This document shows positions 1-11,400 of a DNA stretch of 64,000 nucleotides, piece by piece. A program made the position numbers and the translations under genes. The notes below the pieces were generated by a model. That model was not told the DNA's origin and made no database searches. It saw only the letters and a program-made list of their open reading frames with translations. Source of the DNA: Giardia intestinalis (lineage: Eukaryota); NCBI GenBank assembly GCA_000002435.2, contig CM018793.1. One strand, 5' to 3'. The stretch's first letter is position 1. Each line of letters opens with the position of its first letter.

Positions 1-14
1 CTAGAACCAAGTCC

Positions 15-749
15 GTGGTCATCCAGGCACTCAAAGACAGCATTAGAAAGATAGTTCAGTTCGAGGACCGGTTTCTTATGAAAAGAATTTTAGCTTCGAA
101 GGAGGAACGTGCAGCCGGACAACGGTCAAGGCCCTATGTAATATGCATGACTGGCGTGAACGGAGTTGGGAAAACGACATCGATAGCCAAGCTATTATAT
201 ATTTTCAAGAACAACGGGCTTCGCTCGTTGGTCTGTGCTTGTGATAGCTTTCGTTCCGGAGCTGTCGAGCAGCTTCAGGAGCACTGTAATAGATTGGGAG
301 CCACCCTCTATTCTCAAGGTTACGGTAAAAACGCAAGCGCTATAGCTAAGTATGGGATAAAGGAGGCGGAGTCTTTAAACTATGACATATGCTTAATAGA
401 CACTACAGGAAGGCAGTACAACAACGGCCCACTAATGCAGGCTCTTGGCGCCCTGGTTCTAGAGAACGCACCAGATGTGGTACTCTTCGTTGGGGAGGCA
501 CTCACCGGTAACGAGGGAGTAGAGCAACTAAAGCAATTTGATTGTGCACTTAAAAGCTACACAAATAGCCGTGGCATAGATGGAATCATTCTAACTAAGT
601 TTGATACATGTGGAGACAAGGTTGGCGCGGCACTCAATCTCTGTTTCGTTTGCGATCTCCCTATACTCTATGTTGGTACAGGCCAGAGCTACCCAGACTT
701 TGGCGTGCTGGATCCTTCACACATAGCAGACTTAATTGTGGGCAAGTAA
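15..749 (+). CDS. Signal recognition particle receptor alpha subunit (SR-alpha), 3' portion; the 5' end is cut by the window start
   Basis: SRP-GTPase NG-domain motifs are present: P-loop GVNGVGKTT, DTTGR, and TKFD followed by DKVGAALN...VGTGQSYPDF. This is the canonical SR-alpha C-terminus and there is no SRP54 M-domain. The reading frame is open to nucleotide 3; the 'start' at 15 is a GTG picked by the ORF caller. Confidence 0.8.
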   Translation: MVIQALKDSIRKIVQFEDRFLMKRILASKEERAAGQRSRPYVICMTGVNGVGKTTSIAKLLYIFKNNGLRSLVCACDSFRSGAVEQLQEHCNRLGATLYSQGYGKNASAIAKYGIKEAESLNYDICLIDTTGRQYNNGPLMQALGALVLENAPDVVLFVGEALTGNEGVEQLKQFDCALKSYTNSRGIDGIILTKFDTCGDKVGAALNLCFVCDLPILYVGTGQSYPDFGVLDPSHIADLIVGK

Positions 750-822
750 ACACTATCTTGTTTTATCCAAGGCGTTGTCGGGGCAGATAAAATATTCGTG
801 TCACCACACGCGATTTTACTCC

Positions 823-3800
823 ATGCAGGTTTCCATTATAAGCCCTAAGGGGGCTATTTGCACTTTTTGCACGCGCCCTGACGTTGCCATTGTAGCCCTA
901 GAGTTCGAATCTCGCTGCCGCTTAGGGTTGGAGGACACCCCTATTCTATTGCAGTACACGAGCAAATCCGCAACATTTACAAATGAACTGAGCACACTAG
1001 GTGAATGCTTAGCTAACCTAAACGTAGTTTCGGTCGATTCTCTCCAGTTCCACGTTCTTCCTTTGGATTTAGCATCAACCCCCAATCACTACACATCTGA
1101 ACCTGAGACCGTCTTTGACCTGCTAGAAAGCTGGCAATATCACAAATTGGACACTATTTTGCTTTCATTTACCATATTGCACTACCAATCACTTGTAGCA
1201 GAGGCTCTTGTCAGCAAAAAGAACAAGCTAATGATTACGGCACACACGCAGCCCGATATATCACCATCTCACCCATTTCTGACCAGTCCCTTAGCAAGGG
1301 ATCTAGCTACGAAAGTAACCTCTGCAATCCTTCGTGCAATCCCAACCCATAATCAAAATAAATCCGTTGACTTAGGGATCTTTCAGCAGGAGATTGCTGA
1401 CTGGATTGCCATGGACTTGCGAGCGCAGCTATCCTTTAGTGTGATTGAGCAACATGTATTGAATGCCAGCTCTTGCTCTTCTGCTCACAGTCTTCCTCCC
1501 AGACAAGAGCGATTGTTACCAGGAAAGGAAGGATCACTACCCGATTCCCAAGTATCTTCTCTCCACAAGCTTGGACCTTGTGGGGTTAAGAATAATTCAG
1601 GCATAGACCATACTCACATGAATCCATCCCATAACACTATCCTCATAGAAAACCTGCAAAGAAGAATAGACGAGAGCGGGGCGTGCGCTCATCTGGACTG
1701 GGAAGTCGTGACGGCAAGTCTAGACGGGGTTGAAAACCCATTAGGAGTATCACCTGCATCGCCTCTTGTCCCGCTAAACCCCATCAGTTATCCACACTTT
1801 ACTCTGGTTTTCAGCTTCCCGGAAGATACAACCGACCGTAGGCCTGCCATCTCTCGGAGCTGGTGTATCAGTGACGAACACCGAGCTTCTCTAGACAAAA
1901 CCACTGCTATTACTGTTGATGCCCAGCAATCTCTGTCCAGCAACTTAGAGAATACCATCACCATCTCGCCTCTTTTAACATGTGACGAAGCATGCTGCAT
2001 TGTGTATGAATACGCCTCTAGCCAGTATGGATCTCAAAGGTTGGACCTTGCACTCAGAGTAACACGACCGTACGATCTTGTAATAAAGCAAAGAGGAACC
2101 TCTGCATATCTAGTTGGGATGGATTACTTAATCAACTATGATAGCGTTAGAGTTTGTCTAAAGAAAGCAGAACCTCTCTATGTTACTTTAGCCAACCGAA
2201 AAGAATTTGAAAAAGCCATGTCCGACACCCTGCTTGGCCATACATTTGAAAATATTATTTTCAACTTCAATTTTAAGCTGTTTCTGCAGGATTGCAATCC
2301 CACTAAGAGTACTTTGATTCATGCCGGAACCAGCTCTGCTTCTGAACCATCCGTTGGGACACCACCACTTTTTGATGACCAAATACTGGGAACTTTCGGT
2401 TCCATTGTGCATAAGAAGGATGTTATGAACCTTGAGTTTCAGCCCTTACTTAGGTCTCCTGCCAAGTCAATCGCAAGTCGAGAGACCTGCAACAGCCCTG
2501 CCTCTAGTATAGATCTTATGCGCTCTTCAAATTGTACTAAGCAAGCAGATGATGCAGAAGCGGAGAGGTTAGAGTCTACTCCATTTGAATCGTTGACTCC
2601 AGTCATTCCGAAAATACATGCTGAATCAGCGGCTAAAGGCATTGGCCGAGCCAATAGTTTCTTAAAATCACCTACTCTTGCGCCACTCAGAACGAATAGC
2701 GAAGAGAATGCAAGCATCTGTGCTGAATCTTATTCGTGGGACCCAAAGTTGCAACCTCTACCTTTGCCACCAGGCAATCGGTTCTATGATGATTACGTTG
2801 AGTACTACTCATTCTTGTCGTCGTCTACCTTCGATTTGTTGATCCAAAAGCGCTGTGCTGAGTATGCCAAAGATCCACTATCCTTTTATACACGATACTG
2901 TGGATCTGTAAAGGGAGTCGTTCGCAGGTGCCCCCTAAGATTTGCACCCTTGACTCAATTAATGAAGCGAAAGATTGTGCCAGACAAGCAATCCATGAAT
3001 CAGTCACACTTTTTACCAAGCAAAAAGCATTCAACTGCCACTGTTCGTTCCCCTGAAGAGTTGACAATAGTGGATATACGTACTCTTGACGAGGAATTAT
3101 CGGTGCGACTACTTGACGTGTCGCTTCCTCTAAGTAGCTTTCCAAAAGAGAACATTTCTAAATTTAAATCCACCAAATGGGGAACCCGTCCGTACAATGT
3201 CATCGATTATGCAATGCATATTGATCCACGCTACACAGCTAGAGTAGAAGCAGACTGGCTCGCTGAGTTACTACGTATTCTGTGTTTTTCAGATCAAAAG
3301 CTTTCTACCACAGACTCCAGCGGACCAATGAATAGACTGTCAACTCCTGTGCACAGAGCTGAAAGAAGGGGATCAGATGCTCAATTCAATGGAATGATAC
3401 AGAATTTAAAATATATTTTGGCTGACATAGATCAACTTCTTGCTGATCTGGGGGCATCGCCAATATTCGAAGAAGCATTCTATTCAGTAGAACAGAGCAT
3501 ACTTTCTCACGATAATTCCTTGACCAAATCATTAGACTGCAAGAGCTCTGAAGAGTTCCAGCGTGGTCCTCAAAAGTTACCCGAGGATACTACTCCGCTC
3601 AAAGAGCGGGTCTCCCTAGATTTACACTTGGCAGATCTTACTGTCCCACCTCCGCCGATCACTGACACAGCTGACGAGATTTCTTTCAAGCGGCAATGCA
3701 AAAGGACAAGCGTGAAGGATACTTCTCAAGTGGACCCAGCAGAGTCCCTCCTTGTTTCTTCTAAAGCCTCACAGGACATTCTTAAGATCAATACAACATA

Positions 3801-6800
3801 CGTATTCACTACAGTGGCCCAAATCCACGTCGGAACAGAACCAATTTCAGATAAAGCTTTTGCTGGCTATGCGGCCCTTGAATTCAGTGAAGTTAAGAAA
3901 GCAGAGGTTGTTTGCAAGCTACACTATGACACAACTCTTAGTTTTAAGAACTTCCTCACCAAGTTCCTCCCTTTTGGTGCCCAAATAGTATTCACAGTAT
4001 ATGCCGTGAACAAGAAATCTCTCGGTCGTTTGATACAGGCCGCGAATGTCACTAATCAGCTTTTCTCGCAGTCATATATCAAACTTCTCAATGAAAAGCA
4101 ATCCTCTATTCTGCAATCATCCAACCAAAGTGTGTCTACGATGTTCATAGAAACATATGATGGGCTCCTAGCCGATAGTTCAACTCTGATACTAGGTAGT
4201 GTGAGCGTACCATTCTTTGATTCTTCTGGGGCTCTTTCACGGCGAGTGTATGAGGTGCCACTGTGGCCAGGAACAGACGCTAGCGATGTCCTTAGCATGC
4301 TTCTATTTCGCCCATACACACGGGGAGCTATGCGCATAAGCTTTGAGTTTCCGATAAAGTCGACCGAAAAAGTGATCAAGTCCTTAAAATTCTCGCCAAT
4401 GGTTATTAGCACGGATCCATATAAGCCACCTACAGAGGAAACCCTTGTGATGGCCTCCTCGAACGTTAGTATTCCATCTGGACAGAATTCTAGGTCATCA
4501 TCTAAGACTCGTTCAGCGTCAAACAAGCGTTCAACCAGTAGATCTTACTCAACGCGCGGAAGAGGTGCATCTAGGCGGCGAAATGCATGTAACACTATTG
4601 TTGATAAAGATGCCCCTGTCATTTTTAGCGAATTCAACCCCCTGTCATTAATTGGGGCCACCGCACATATGGAAGCAGAAGAGGTTAACAAGCCGTTTAA
4701 CACTTTTATCTCTTCACGGCCAAAGTCAAGTAAAAGTCGCACAAGACAAAGCATTTTCAAAGACAAGAAAGACGACAGGCGTGCCAAGCAGTCACCCTTT
4801 AGTAGGCGTACGCAGTCCAAGGTAAGAGTCAGTAACCGTAGTTCCTTTTCGTCACAGAAAGACGGAGATGATAGGTCTTCGTTTTCAGGGATCGCCTTAT
4901 CCTCATCATATACTAAGCACAATCCTGCCTCTCTACACAGAGACTCTGCATATGACGCTACCTACGACGTCCCCGAAGACGACGGTATCTCCAAGAACTA
5001 TGGCACTCGGCGTAGCAGTGCCTTCAGCTGTACCCAAGCTGTGTTCCAACGTAAACTTACTACAACGATTGAGTACAGCACAGACAACGAATTGTCAGAT
5101 ACATCCATGCTTCCCCCAACGCTAAAAGCTGTTGCCAGAAGGGTTTCCTCTAATAGCGATGACAATGCGTACAATGACAACCCAGAGGACCAGCACAATG
5201 AAATAGACGTAAGCCAAAAGCGAAATTACTACCTAAAGCTTCTCTGCATCCTGAAGTCGTATATCGAAACCAACAACCAAGATACCCACTGGGGAGATTA
5301 TACTTTTTCCGTCTGTACAAAGTTAGAGGCACTCTCTCCTTTTCTAACATACCCTTTGACATATCTGACAAAACTAGAATACCAGCATCTGTGGGAATAC
5401 AAAGACCTAGCCCTTTGCGATCCTGTTCTGCTATTTAGACTAAGCCAATCTATAAACTATAAAAATAAAGATTCTGTTCAAAGTTTCTATAACATTCTGT
5501 CCGCAAAGAAAATAGAAGACGTCACACTGGATACTGTCATGAACCTCTTGGCTAGCGCTCAAACAGATCCAATCATAAGAGGTTTTGCTGTTTCTGTTCT
5601 AAACACCTATTCTTCTTATGATCTCGAGCCTCACATCATGCAACTAGTCGAGCTATGCAAGTATGACATGGTCAATGCGGGCTTAGCATCTTTCCTCATA
5701 AGAATGGCCATTAAGGAGTTCCCAACATTCGGCTACCCTCTCTACTGGGCTTTTCGCTGTGAGATGCGGCTAAATCTTGTTTTTAGCAGTGCATACTCTC
5801 TATTCATGCTTAAAATCTTACTACATCTGCCAGAAAATCAACGAAGAAGCATTATTCTTACTGAATTACTACTTATTATATTACTTAAACTGGCCAAGTT
5901 CTCCTATCGGAAGAAGAAGGAATCCATCGATGCTAGTAAGGGCACACAACTTCGTGACGTGCCCAGCTTTATAGGACGCATAAACAACTTACTCACAAGA
6001 CTAAAGAACATATTAAAAGTGGATTGCTTTAAGCTGCCTCTATCTTACGACATAAAGTTGGCAACCTTCTGTGTGGTTGAGTGTGCTGTTCTTTCTAGCA
6101 AGAAGGCACCGCTACTCCTTTCCCTGAAAACAGCTGACGGCGCTTTCAACTACAAGTGTCTTTTTAAGACTCACGATGACCTGCGGCAGGACAGCCTTGT
6201 GCTCCGCACATTTTCATATATCCAAAACGTATGGTACAACAATAATATTAATCTGGCAATGAAGGTATATAGCTGCGTTGCAACAGGGCCATTCGAGGGT
6301 TTGATAGAGCTTGTTCCCGACTCTGAAACTCTGGGGTCCATAGAGCATACGTTTGGGGGTGCTAGGGGAGCATTTGCGAGGGGCCCTATCATGAAGTGGC
6401 TAGTGGATTCAATAAACCTCCACGACGAGGAATTTTTACGTGTACAGAAGAATGCACAACATAATAATAGTTTGACACAGGAGATGAGGTACAGCCTGCT
6501 ATTAGAGCCAGAGGATGACAATCGGGCGAGTGAGACTAGTGAGCTGACCATCTCTGATGTGGAGCAATCTGTCCTGAATAAGGGATACGACGACACCAAT
6601 CAGGGCCTATTCAATACCACAGCCAGCGTGCCTACGACTCTTAACACTAGAAGTCTCTACTCCAAATCTTCACGAGATAGCATATTTCAATCCGTCTCTC
6701 AGCTCTCCCTCATACAGAAGCATACAGCAACAAGGTACACCCAGATGATATCCAACTACCTTACGTCAATAGCAGCATACTGTGTGGCAACTTGCATTCT

Positions 6801-7290
6801 TGGTTTGGGCGACAGACACAATGACAATATAATGCTATGCCAGGACGGTACCTTTTTTCACATAGATTTTGGTCACTTTCTTGGTAATTTTAAAAAGAAG
6901 TTCAACTACGAAAGAGAGCGGGGACCATTCTTCTTCATTCCAGATATGGCTTTTGTGCTTAAGCACCATGACTACGTTAATGGCACAGAGTATGAGAAAT
7001 GTTTTGAAAAGATGTCAGCAGATGCCCTACTAGCAATCAGGCACCACAGCAGCGCTCTGATAAGCCTTTTTACGATCATGATACCCTCTGGTATCCCTCA
7101 GCTGACATCTCGGGAGGATGTGCAATGGATTGAAGACCATCTGTTCCTAGATATGAGTGAGTCCGAGGCGCACAGACACTTCATTCGGCTTATCCACGAG
7201 GCAGAACGATCTAAAAGATACTTGTACAACAACATGTTTCATATTTTGGCTCACTACAAGAAGCGGCGAGGAAGCGCCTCCTCCAACTAA
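823..7290 (+). CDS. Phosphatidylinositol 3-kinase, class-I-like catalytic subunit with PIK helical domain and an insertion-containing kinase domain
   Basis: C-terminal catalytic motifs are present: FKTHDDLRQD, LGLGDRHNDNIML, and HIDFGHFLGNFKKKFNYERERGPFFF (class I/II type, not the Vps34 or PI4K type). The ORF track start at 736 is TTG; the first ATG is 823. About 120 aa are inserted between the TLGSIEHTFGG and KHTATRY segments. Confidence 0.8.
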   Translation: MQVSIISPKGAICTFCTRPDVAIVALEFESRCRLGLEDTPILLQYTSKSATFTNELSTLGECLANLNVVSVDSLQFHVLPLDLASTPNHYTSEPETVFDLLESWQYHKLDTILLSFTILHYQSLVAEALVSKKNKLMITAHTQPDISPSHPFLTSPLARDLATKVTSAILRAIPTHNQNKSVDLGIFQQEIADWIAMDLRAQLSFSVIEQHVLNASSCSSAHSLPPRQERLLPGKEGSLPDSQVSSLHKLGPCGVKNNSGIDHTHMNPSHNTILIENLQRRIDESGACAHLDWEVVTASLDGVENPLGVSPASPLVPLNPISYPHFTLVFSFPEDTTDRRPAISRSWCISDEHRASLDKTTAITVDAQQSLSSNLENTITISPLLTCDEACCIVYEYASSQYGSQRLDLALRVTRPYDLVIKQRGTSAYLVGMDYLINYDSVRVCLKKAEPLYVTLANRKEFEKAMSDTLLGHTFENIIFNFNFKLFLQDCNPTKSTLIHAGTSSASEPSVGTPPLFDDQILGTFGSIVHKKDVMNLEFQPLLRSPAKSIASRETCNSPASSIDLMRSSNCTKQADDAEAERLESTPFESLTPVIPKIHAESAAKGIGRANSFLKSPTLAPLRTNSEENASICAESYSWDPKLQPLPLPPGNRFYDDYVEYYSFLSSSTFDLLIQKRCAEYAKDPLSFYTRYCGSVKGVVRRCPLRFAPLTQLMKRKIVPDKQSMNQSHFLPSKKHSTATVRSPEELTIVDIRTLDEELSVRLLDVSLPLSSFPKENISKFKSTKWGTRPYNVIDYAMHIDPRYTARVEADWLAELLRILCFSDQKLSTTDSSGPMNRLSTPVHRAERRGSDAQFNGMIQNLKYILADIDQLLADLGASPIFEEAFYSVEQSILSHDNSLTKSLDCKSSEEFQRGPQKLPEDTTPLKERVSLDLHLADLTVPPPPITDTADEISFKRQCKRTSVKDTSQVDPAESLLVSSKASQDILKINTTYVFTTVAQIHVGTEPISDKAFAGYAALEFSEVKKAEVVCKLHYDTTLSFKNFLTKFLPFGAQIVFTVYAVNKKSLGRLIQAANVTNQLFSQSYIKLLNEKQSSILQSSNQSVSTMFIETYDGLLADSSTLILGSVSVPFFDSSGALSRRVYEVPLWPGTDASDVLSMLLFRPYTRGAMRISFEFPIKSTEKVIKSLKFSPMVISTDPYKPPTEETLVMASSNVSIPSGQNSRSSSKTRSASNKRSTSRSYSTRGRGASRRRNACNTIVDKDAPVIFSEFNPLSLIGATAHMEAEEVNKPFNTFISSRPKSSKSRTRQSIFKDKKDDRRAKQSPFSRRTQSKVRVSNRSSFSSQKDGDDRSSFSGIALSSSYTKHNPASLHRDSAYDATYDVPEDDGISKNYGTRRSSAFSCTQAVFQRKLTTTIEYSTDNELSDTSMLPPTLKAVARRVSSNSDDNAYNDNPEDQHNEIDVSQKRNYYLKLLCILKSYIETNNQDTHWGDYTFSVCTKLEALSPFLTYPLTYLTKLEYQHLWEYKDLALCDPVLLFRLSQSINYKNKDSVQSFYNILSAKKIEDVTLDTVMNLLASAQTDPIIRGFAVSVLNTYSSYDLEPHIMQLVELCKYDMVNAGLASFLIRMAIKEFPTFGYPLYWAFRCEMRLNLVFSSAYSLFMLKILLHLPENQRRSIILTELLLIILLKLAKFSYRKKKESIDASKGTQLRDVPSFIGRINNLLTRLKNILKVDCFKLPLSYDIKLATFCVVECAVLSSKKAPLLLSLKTADGAFNYKCLFKTHDDLRQDSLVLRTFSYIQNVWYNNNINLAMKVYSCVATGPFEGLIELVPDSETLGSIEHTFGGARGAFARGPIMKWLVDSINLHDEEFLRVQKNAQHNNSLTQEMRYSLLLEPEDDNRASETSELTISDVEQSVLNKGYDDTNQGLFNTTASVPTTLNTRSLYSKSSRDSIFQSVSQLSLIQKHTATRYTQMISNYLTSIAAYCVATCILGLGDRHNDNIMLCQDGTFFHIDFGHFLGNFKKKFNYERERGPFFFIPDMAFVLKHHDYVNGTEYEKCFEKMSADALLAIRHHSSALISLFTIMIPSGIPQLTSREDVQWIEDHLFLDMSESEAHRHFIRLIHEAERSKRYLYNNMFHILAHYKKRRGSASSN

Positions 7291-7370
7291 CTATGACTGG
7301 GCGCGCTAATGGAGGTGGTCAGCAGTATAATTTTATTTAAATCCAATCTGAAGATTTTAAATTTGGAATT

Positions 7371-7892
7371 ATGGGTATTAACTTCAATGAGGTTCTCTCT
7401 GGACTGTACATTGGGAATGTGCGGTCTCGGAACTACGACAGCTCTCCTGAGAACTGCAAAACCTGTATTTCGGTAGGTGTATATGACATGGGGAAACCTA
7501 GATGGGCAAGTAATTATTATTTTTACAAACTGTTGGACAGGCAGGATGTGTCATACGAGGTCATGCACACCATCGTGTTCTCTGCTGCGGAAGTTATCGA
7601 CAAATGCGTTAGTCGAGGGGTACTCGTCCATTGTGGTGTCGGTGTTAGCCGGAGTGCGTTGGTTGTAATAGGATACCTTATGATTAAGAAGAACATGTCA
7701 TTTCCTGACGCATATGCACTGCTCCGGAGCAGGCGGTCGTGCATTAACCCGAACGATGGGTTTGTGGAATTTTTGAAAATTCTTGATGCACAACTGACTA
7801 ACGAACGCCGGACCTTCCTTACCTCTCAGCTTGCAAAAGCAGACGTCAATTACGAGGATCTCGATATACGTGACTCCACGAATGCAGTGTAA
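7371..7892 (+). CDS. Dual-specificity protein phosphatase (DUSP family)
   Basis: CX5R catalytic motif VHCGVGVSRSA and a downstream NPNDGFVEFL-like helix. ATG at 7371 with an AT-rich upstream stretch (aagattttaaatttggaatt). Confidence 0.7.
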   Translation: MGINFNEVLSGLYIGNVRSRNYDSSPENCKTCISVGVYDMGKPRWASNYYFYKLLDRQDVSYEVMHTIVFSAAEVIDKCVSRGVLVHCGVGVSRSALVVIGYLMIKKNMSFPDAYALLRSRRSCINPNDGFVEFLKILDAQLTNERRTFLTSQLAKADVNYEDLDIRDSTNAV

Positions 7893-7912
7893 ATTGATCT
7901 TCAAACGAATAA

Positions 7913-8485
7913 ATGGATCACTCTGGCGGACTCCTTGATCTGCTCATAGGGTTTCTTGAGGGACGAGTGTCAAAGGAGGAGTATTGTCTCAGTTGCGCTG
8001 CCATCTGCACAAGCCTCCGGTCTGGTGCCTTCCTTTATTCAGGAAAAGAGTACTCCTCGTTCATCGCGGACATTCAGGAGTCCCGGTGCTTTGCTGCCTT
8101 GCAGGAACAATACAAGTATCTTGACGAGCGAATCCACTTTCTGTCTGAAGCATTTGCTAAGGCCTATCCTCCTGAGGCTTGCGAGTTGATCAGAGAGAAC
8201 TACTACGCTCTAAATAATGAGCTCCAGGACACAGAAAATAAGTTTAAAGACCATAGAAGCGACATGACCACACTAAACTCCCTTAAAGAGGAAGTGAAAA
8301 AGAGTATAAAGGACTTTGAAGATACTGCCAACAAACTCTCTAAAGCACTCTTTCATTCCTTCAATGCTGACACGGGGAACTGGCGTACAAAGGAATGGAA
8401 CCAAAAACGATATTCGGCCCGGTTGCCTGCGACTGGTGGAAGACGTAAGAAATTCAGTAGGGAAGGAGGCGCTCCTGTGGAGTAG
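7913..8485 (+). CDS. Hypothetical protein (190 aa)
   Basis: Clean ATG start preceded by an AT-rich stretch. No recognisable motif. Its stop lies 9 bp from the stop of the convergent gene. Confidence 0.45.
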   Translation: MDHSGGLLDLLIGFLEGRVSKEEYCLSCAAICTSLRSGAFLYSGKEYSSFIADIQESRCFAALQEQYKYLDERIHFLSEAFAKAYPPEACELIRENYYALNNELQDTENKFKDHRSDMTTLNSLKEEVKKSIKDFEDTANKLSKALFHSFNADTGNWRTKEWNQKRYSARLPATGGRRKKFSREGGAPVE

Positions 8486-8494
8486 CCTATTCGT

Positions 8495-11400
8495 TCACTG
8501 CTTTTGCACCATTCCTACTGTGCTGAGGACATCAAACACGTCGCTCATCTTAGTGGTAGGTGTCCGCTGCACATGCACTCCCACTTGTTTGCTGAGCTTT
8601 CCAGAGCCATGCGCCGACCTGTCCCCCAGAGCGTTAGCTGGAAAGGCAGAGTATGCAGACCTTGGCCTATATTGATCAGATGCAGAAGCAGCGTGGGCTC
8701 TCCGGCTTCCTCCTGCACCTTTGGTTGCGTACCCCCTGAAGCCATCCACGGACCCTTCACGTCCATTGATGCTATTGTTAGTATTCTGAGCATTGTCATC
8801 CCCCATAATACCTGCACCATAAACTTGGGCGCTCTGGATTCGCCTCTTACTGGCTGTCTCGTTAACATTTGGTCTAGCTGATTTCGAGGCTTGGGTGCGA
8901 ACGACACTATTTGGTTCGTGTATGCTCTGCCTGCGGGACCCCGGTGCAAGGCTTGGAGTCTGAGACGTAGATGGGCGACGCCCAGGGATGTTCAGTCTGG
9001 CGAGAACCTCCCCATTTGTCTGGTTACTCTCTGCAATTGTTTGGCGGCCTTTGGCTACATAATCTATGGGCTTTTGCTTTTGTGGCAAGATGCACTGTCT
9101 ATATTCAAAAGGTGTTTTGGCAGAGGCCGTGCTCTTGGCCGAGGACATCCTTGACGTGGGGCCTCCTCCACTCAGCCTCCGCGGAGCATCAGCGCTGGCG
9201 TGACCGTATGTATCGTACTCTAAGCCAATACCACCAGCTGGATAATCTTCGTGCTTGGATAGATTTCCAAATAGATATCTGTTTAGATTCTTATCTGCTT
9301 TGTCACCCCCAAATGTAGCATTTGCACTGTTACTCATCCTTGTTGTGCGTCCAGAAGTGTTGACGGAGTTGCTTCCACTCATCGCGGTCTGAGGTCTAAT
9401 GACGGGAGGCGTCACGGCAAAGATTCCCATGTTCTCTGATACTAGTGTAGGCTGTGCCACTACTGGAGCATCTGTTAAGAGAGAAAGCGCTCGTAAAATC
9501 CGCTCTGTGGTCCGCTTACGTTCCTGTAAGATAAGCTCCCGCTTTCTCAAATAGCGGATGCGTAGCTCCTCTGCTCGTTGGAGGATACGAGTAAATACTC
9601 CCTCCATGTTGGGATTGGTGTACGCACCGCCCCGAGCACCAGGTTTGAACGGTGGATAGTGGGGAATCTTGAATGGCTTGTGGGGGAACGGTTGATACTT
9701 GGTACCAGTAAAGCCATCATGATCATCCACTGGAGGTGGTCTACCAAAGCCAATCACGTCCTTTGTAGAACCAGAGGGCCTGCCAGACATAGTGGGTAGC
9801 ATTTCTTTACTACTGGGTGGTCGTGAAAGCTCCTTCTCACTAAGGTAAGTTCCAGGCGCTAGTGGCTCCATCCCACGTTTGGTCGGGACTGCTGCCGGAG
9901 AGTTATTGAATAGAAAAGCGGGAGGGCCGGCATTAATCATCATTTCTTTTGCTATTTCCGATAAGGGTATCCGAAGGCCACAACGTGGGCAAAGAATAAA
10001 CCTCTCTCCATTTTCATTTACGACAAAATGGATTTCAGCGTGTTCATGGTCAGTGGAATCTTTCATTGCCGTATCTATCGAAGTTCGTTGTCTAAACTCA
10101 TTGTTTGTAGCATTTTTGTCATCATCATAACCTGGCAGCTTGCCGAGTTCATCGTTTGTCTCAGCAGAATTAACTGTAGGGCGAATGATTACAACGCTGT
10201 TCCTCCTGTCAGTCTCTTCTTGAGCATCAGATGAGCGAATTCCTCTCCATTCAACAGACCGGCCTCCACAAAGCCCACCGCCTTCAGAGCTGTAGTATTG
10301 TCCTGGCATGTAGGCACCGGAGACTGGTGTATGTCTACTACTGCCTTGACTTGTATGAGGATCACTGAGCTCGTTTCTGATGGCAAGACAATCGCCACAC
10401 TCATACCTATGTGACGCTTGCATTAGGATGGGTACCTTGTCACTTGTGAAGTAAACATTATCGCAGGCTGTCGTACAAATCTGGGTGTTCACACCTACAT
10501 CCACGAACCGACGCCCTGAGCCGGAGCTTAGGCTCTTCTCTGTATCATAAGGAGCAACTGCTTGAATAGTATGCAAGGTAGACCCAGGTCCAGAAGGTTG
10601 CACGTCGCTTAGAGCATCTCCACCACGAGTCGAGGCTGCATCGGCATGATGGAATTCTTTGGACTTGTTCAGATATGAATTATCGATCCTCTCACTCATC
10701 AATTGAGGATCTGAGAGCACTATTGAATTGATAACTGTGAGCTGCGGGATTCCTTGTTCATCTGTAAAGAACTGGTCGGCAAATTCACGGTCTGGCATGG
10801 TTGCATAGTTGCCATAAGCGTTTCTGTAACCATCATGTGTTCGTTGATCTGCGGGGGGCTCTAAATCTGCATCTGTCAAATCTTGGCTGCCAGTAGTCTT
10901 AACGGATTTGCCATAGCCCTTCTTCTGTGTCCGACCTCCCTTTCGAGAAGAGCCAGCAGAGTCTAGTAAGCGGGAGTCTTGGTCCTCCTCCTTGATTCTG
11001 CTTGTGATAAGCTCCGTGTCTGCTCCGAGCGGTCTTAACGCACGCAGCTCCCCTAAATCATCATGGGGCCCGCTTGTAATCTTGGTTTGCGCATCGTACA
11101 TCCCAGTGAGGTCGTGACGTTTTCGCTTAGTCCCATAGTCTTCTTTGACCATAGAGTTGTCCGTCGAGACAGAAAGCTGACTAAGACCGAAGTCTCCTCC
11201 AAAGTTTGTAACAAGCTTAGAGTTTGCATATGCCTTACTCCATGCCAGAAGCTGCTTGAGTGATTTATTTAGATGCTTGTTTGCTAACTTTCCCATCCGT
11301 TGTTGATTGATCATCTTCTCAACAGTCTTGTACAGGTAGTTTGTTGGGATCGTTGCTCTTCCAGACCTATCGGACATGCTTTTGTCAATATCGTGGAGCG

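Noticed and set aside
736-822. ORF track start of the PI3K at 736, overlapping the SR-alpha stop
   Set aside because: Codon 736 is TTG. The first ATG is 823.
843-927. tRNA-like signals (TTCGAAT T-loop-like heptamer at 904-910 and a CCCTAAG/CTTAGGG 7-bp inverted repeat 85 nt apart)
   Set aside because: No acceptable cloverleaf could be drawn: the T-stem has 3 bp and there is a 5-nt gap before the acceptor strand. It lies inside the PI3K N-terminal coding frame, so it is probably coincidental. Worth a tRNAscan run only for completeness.
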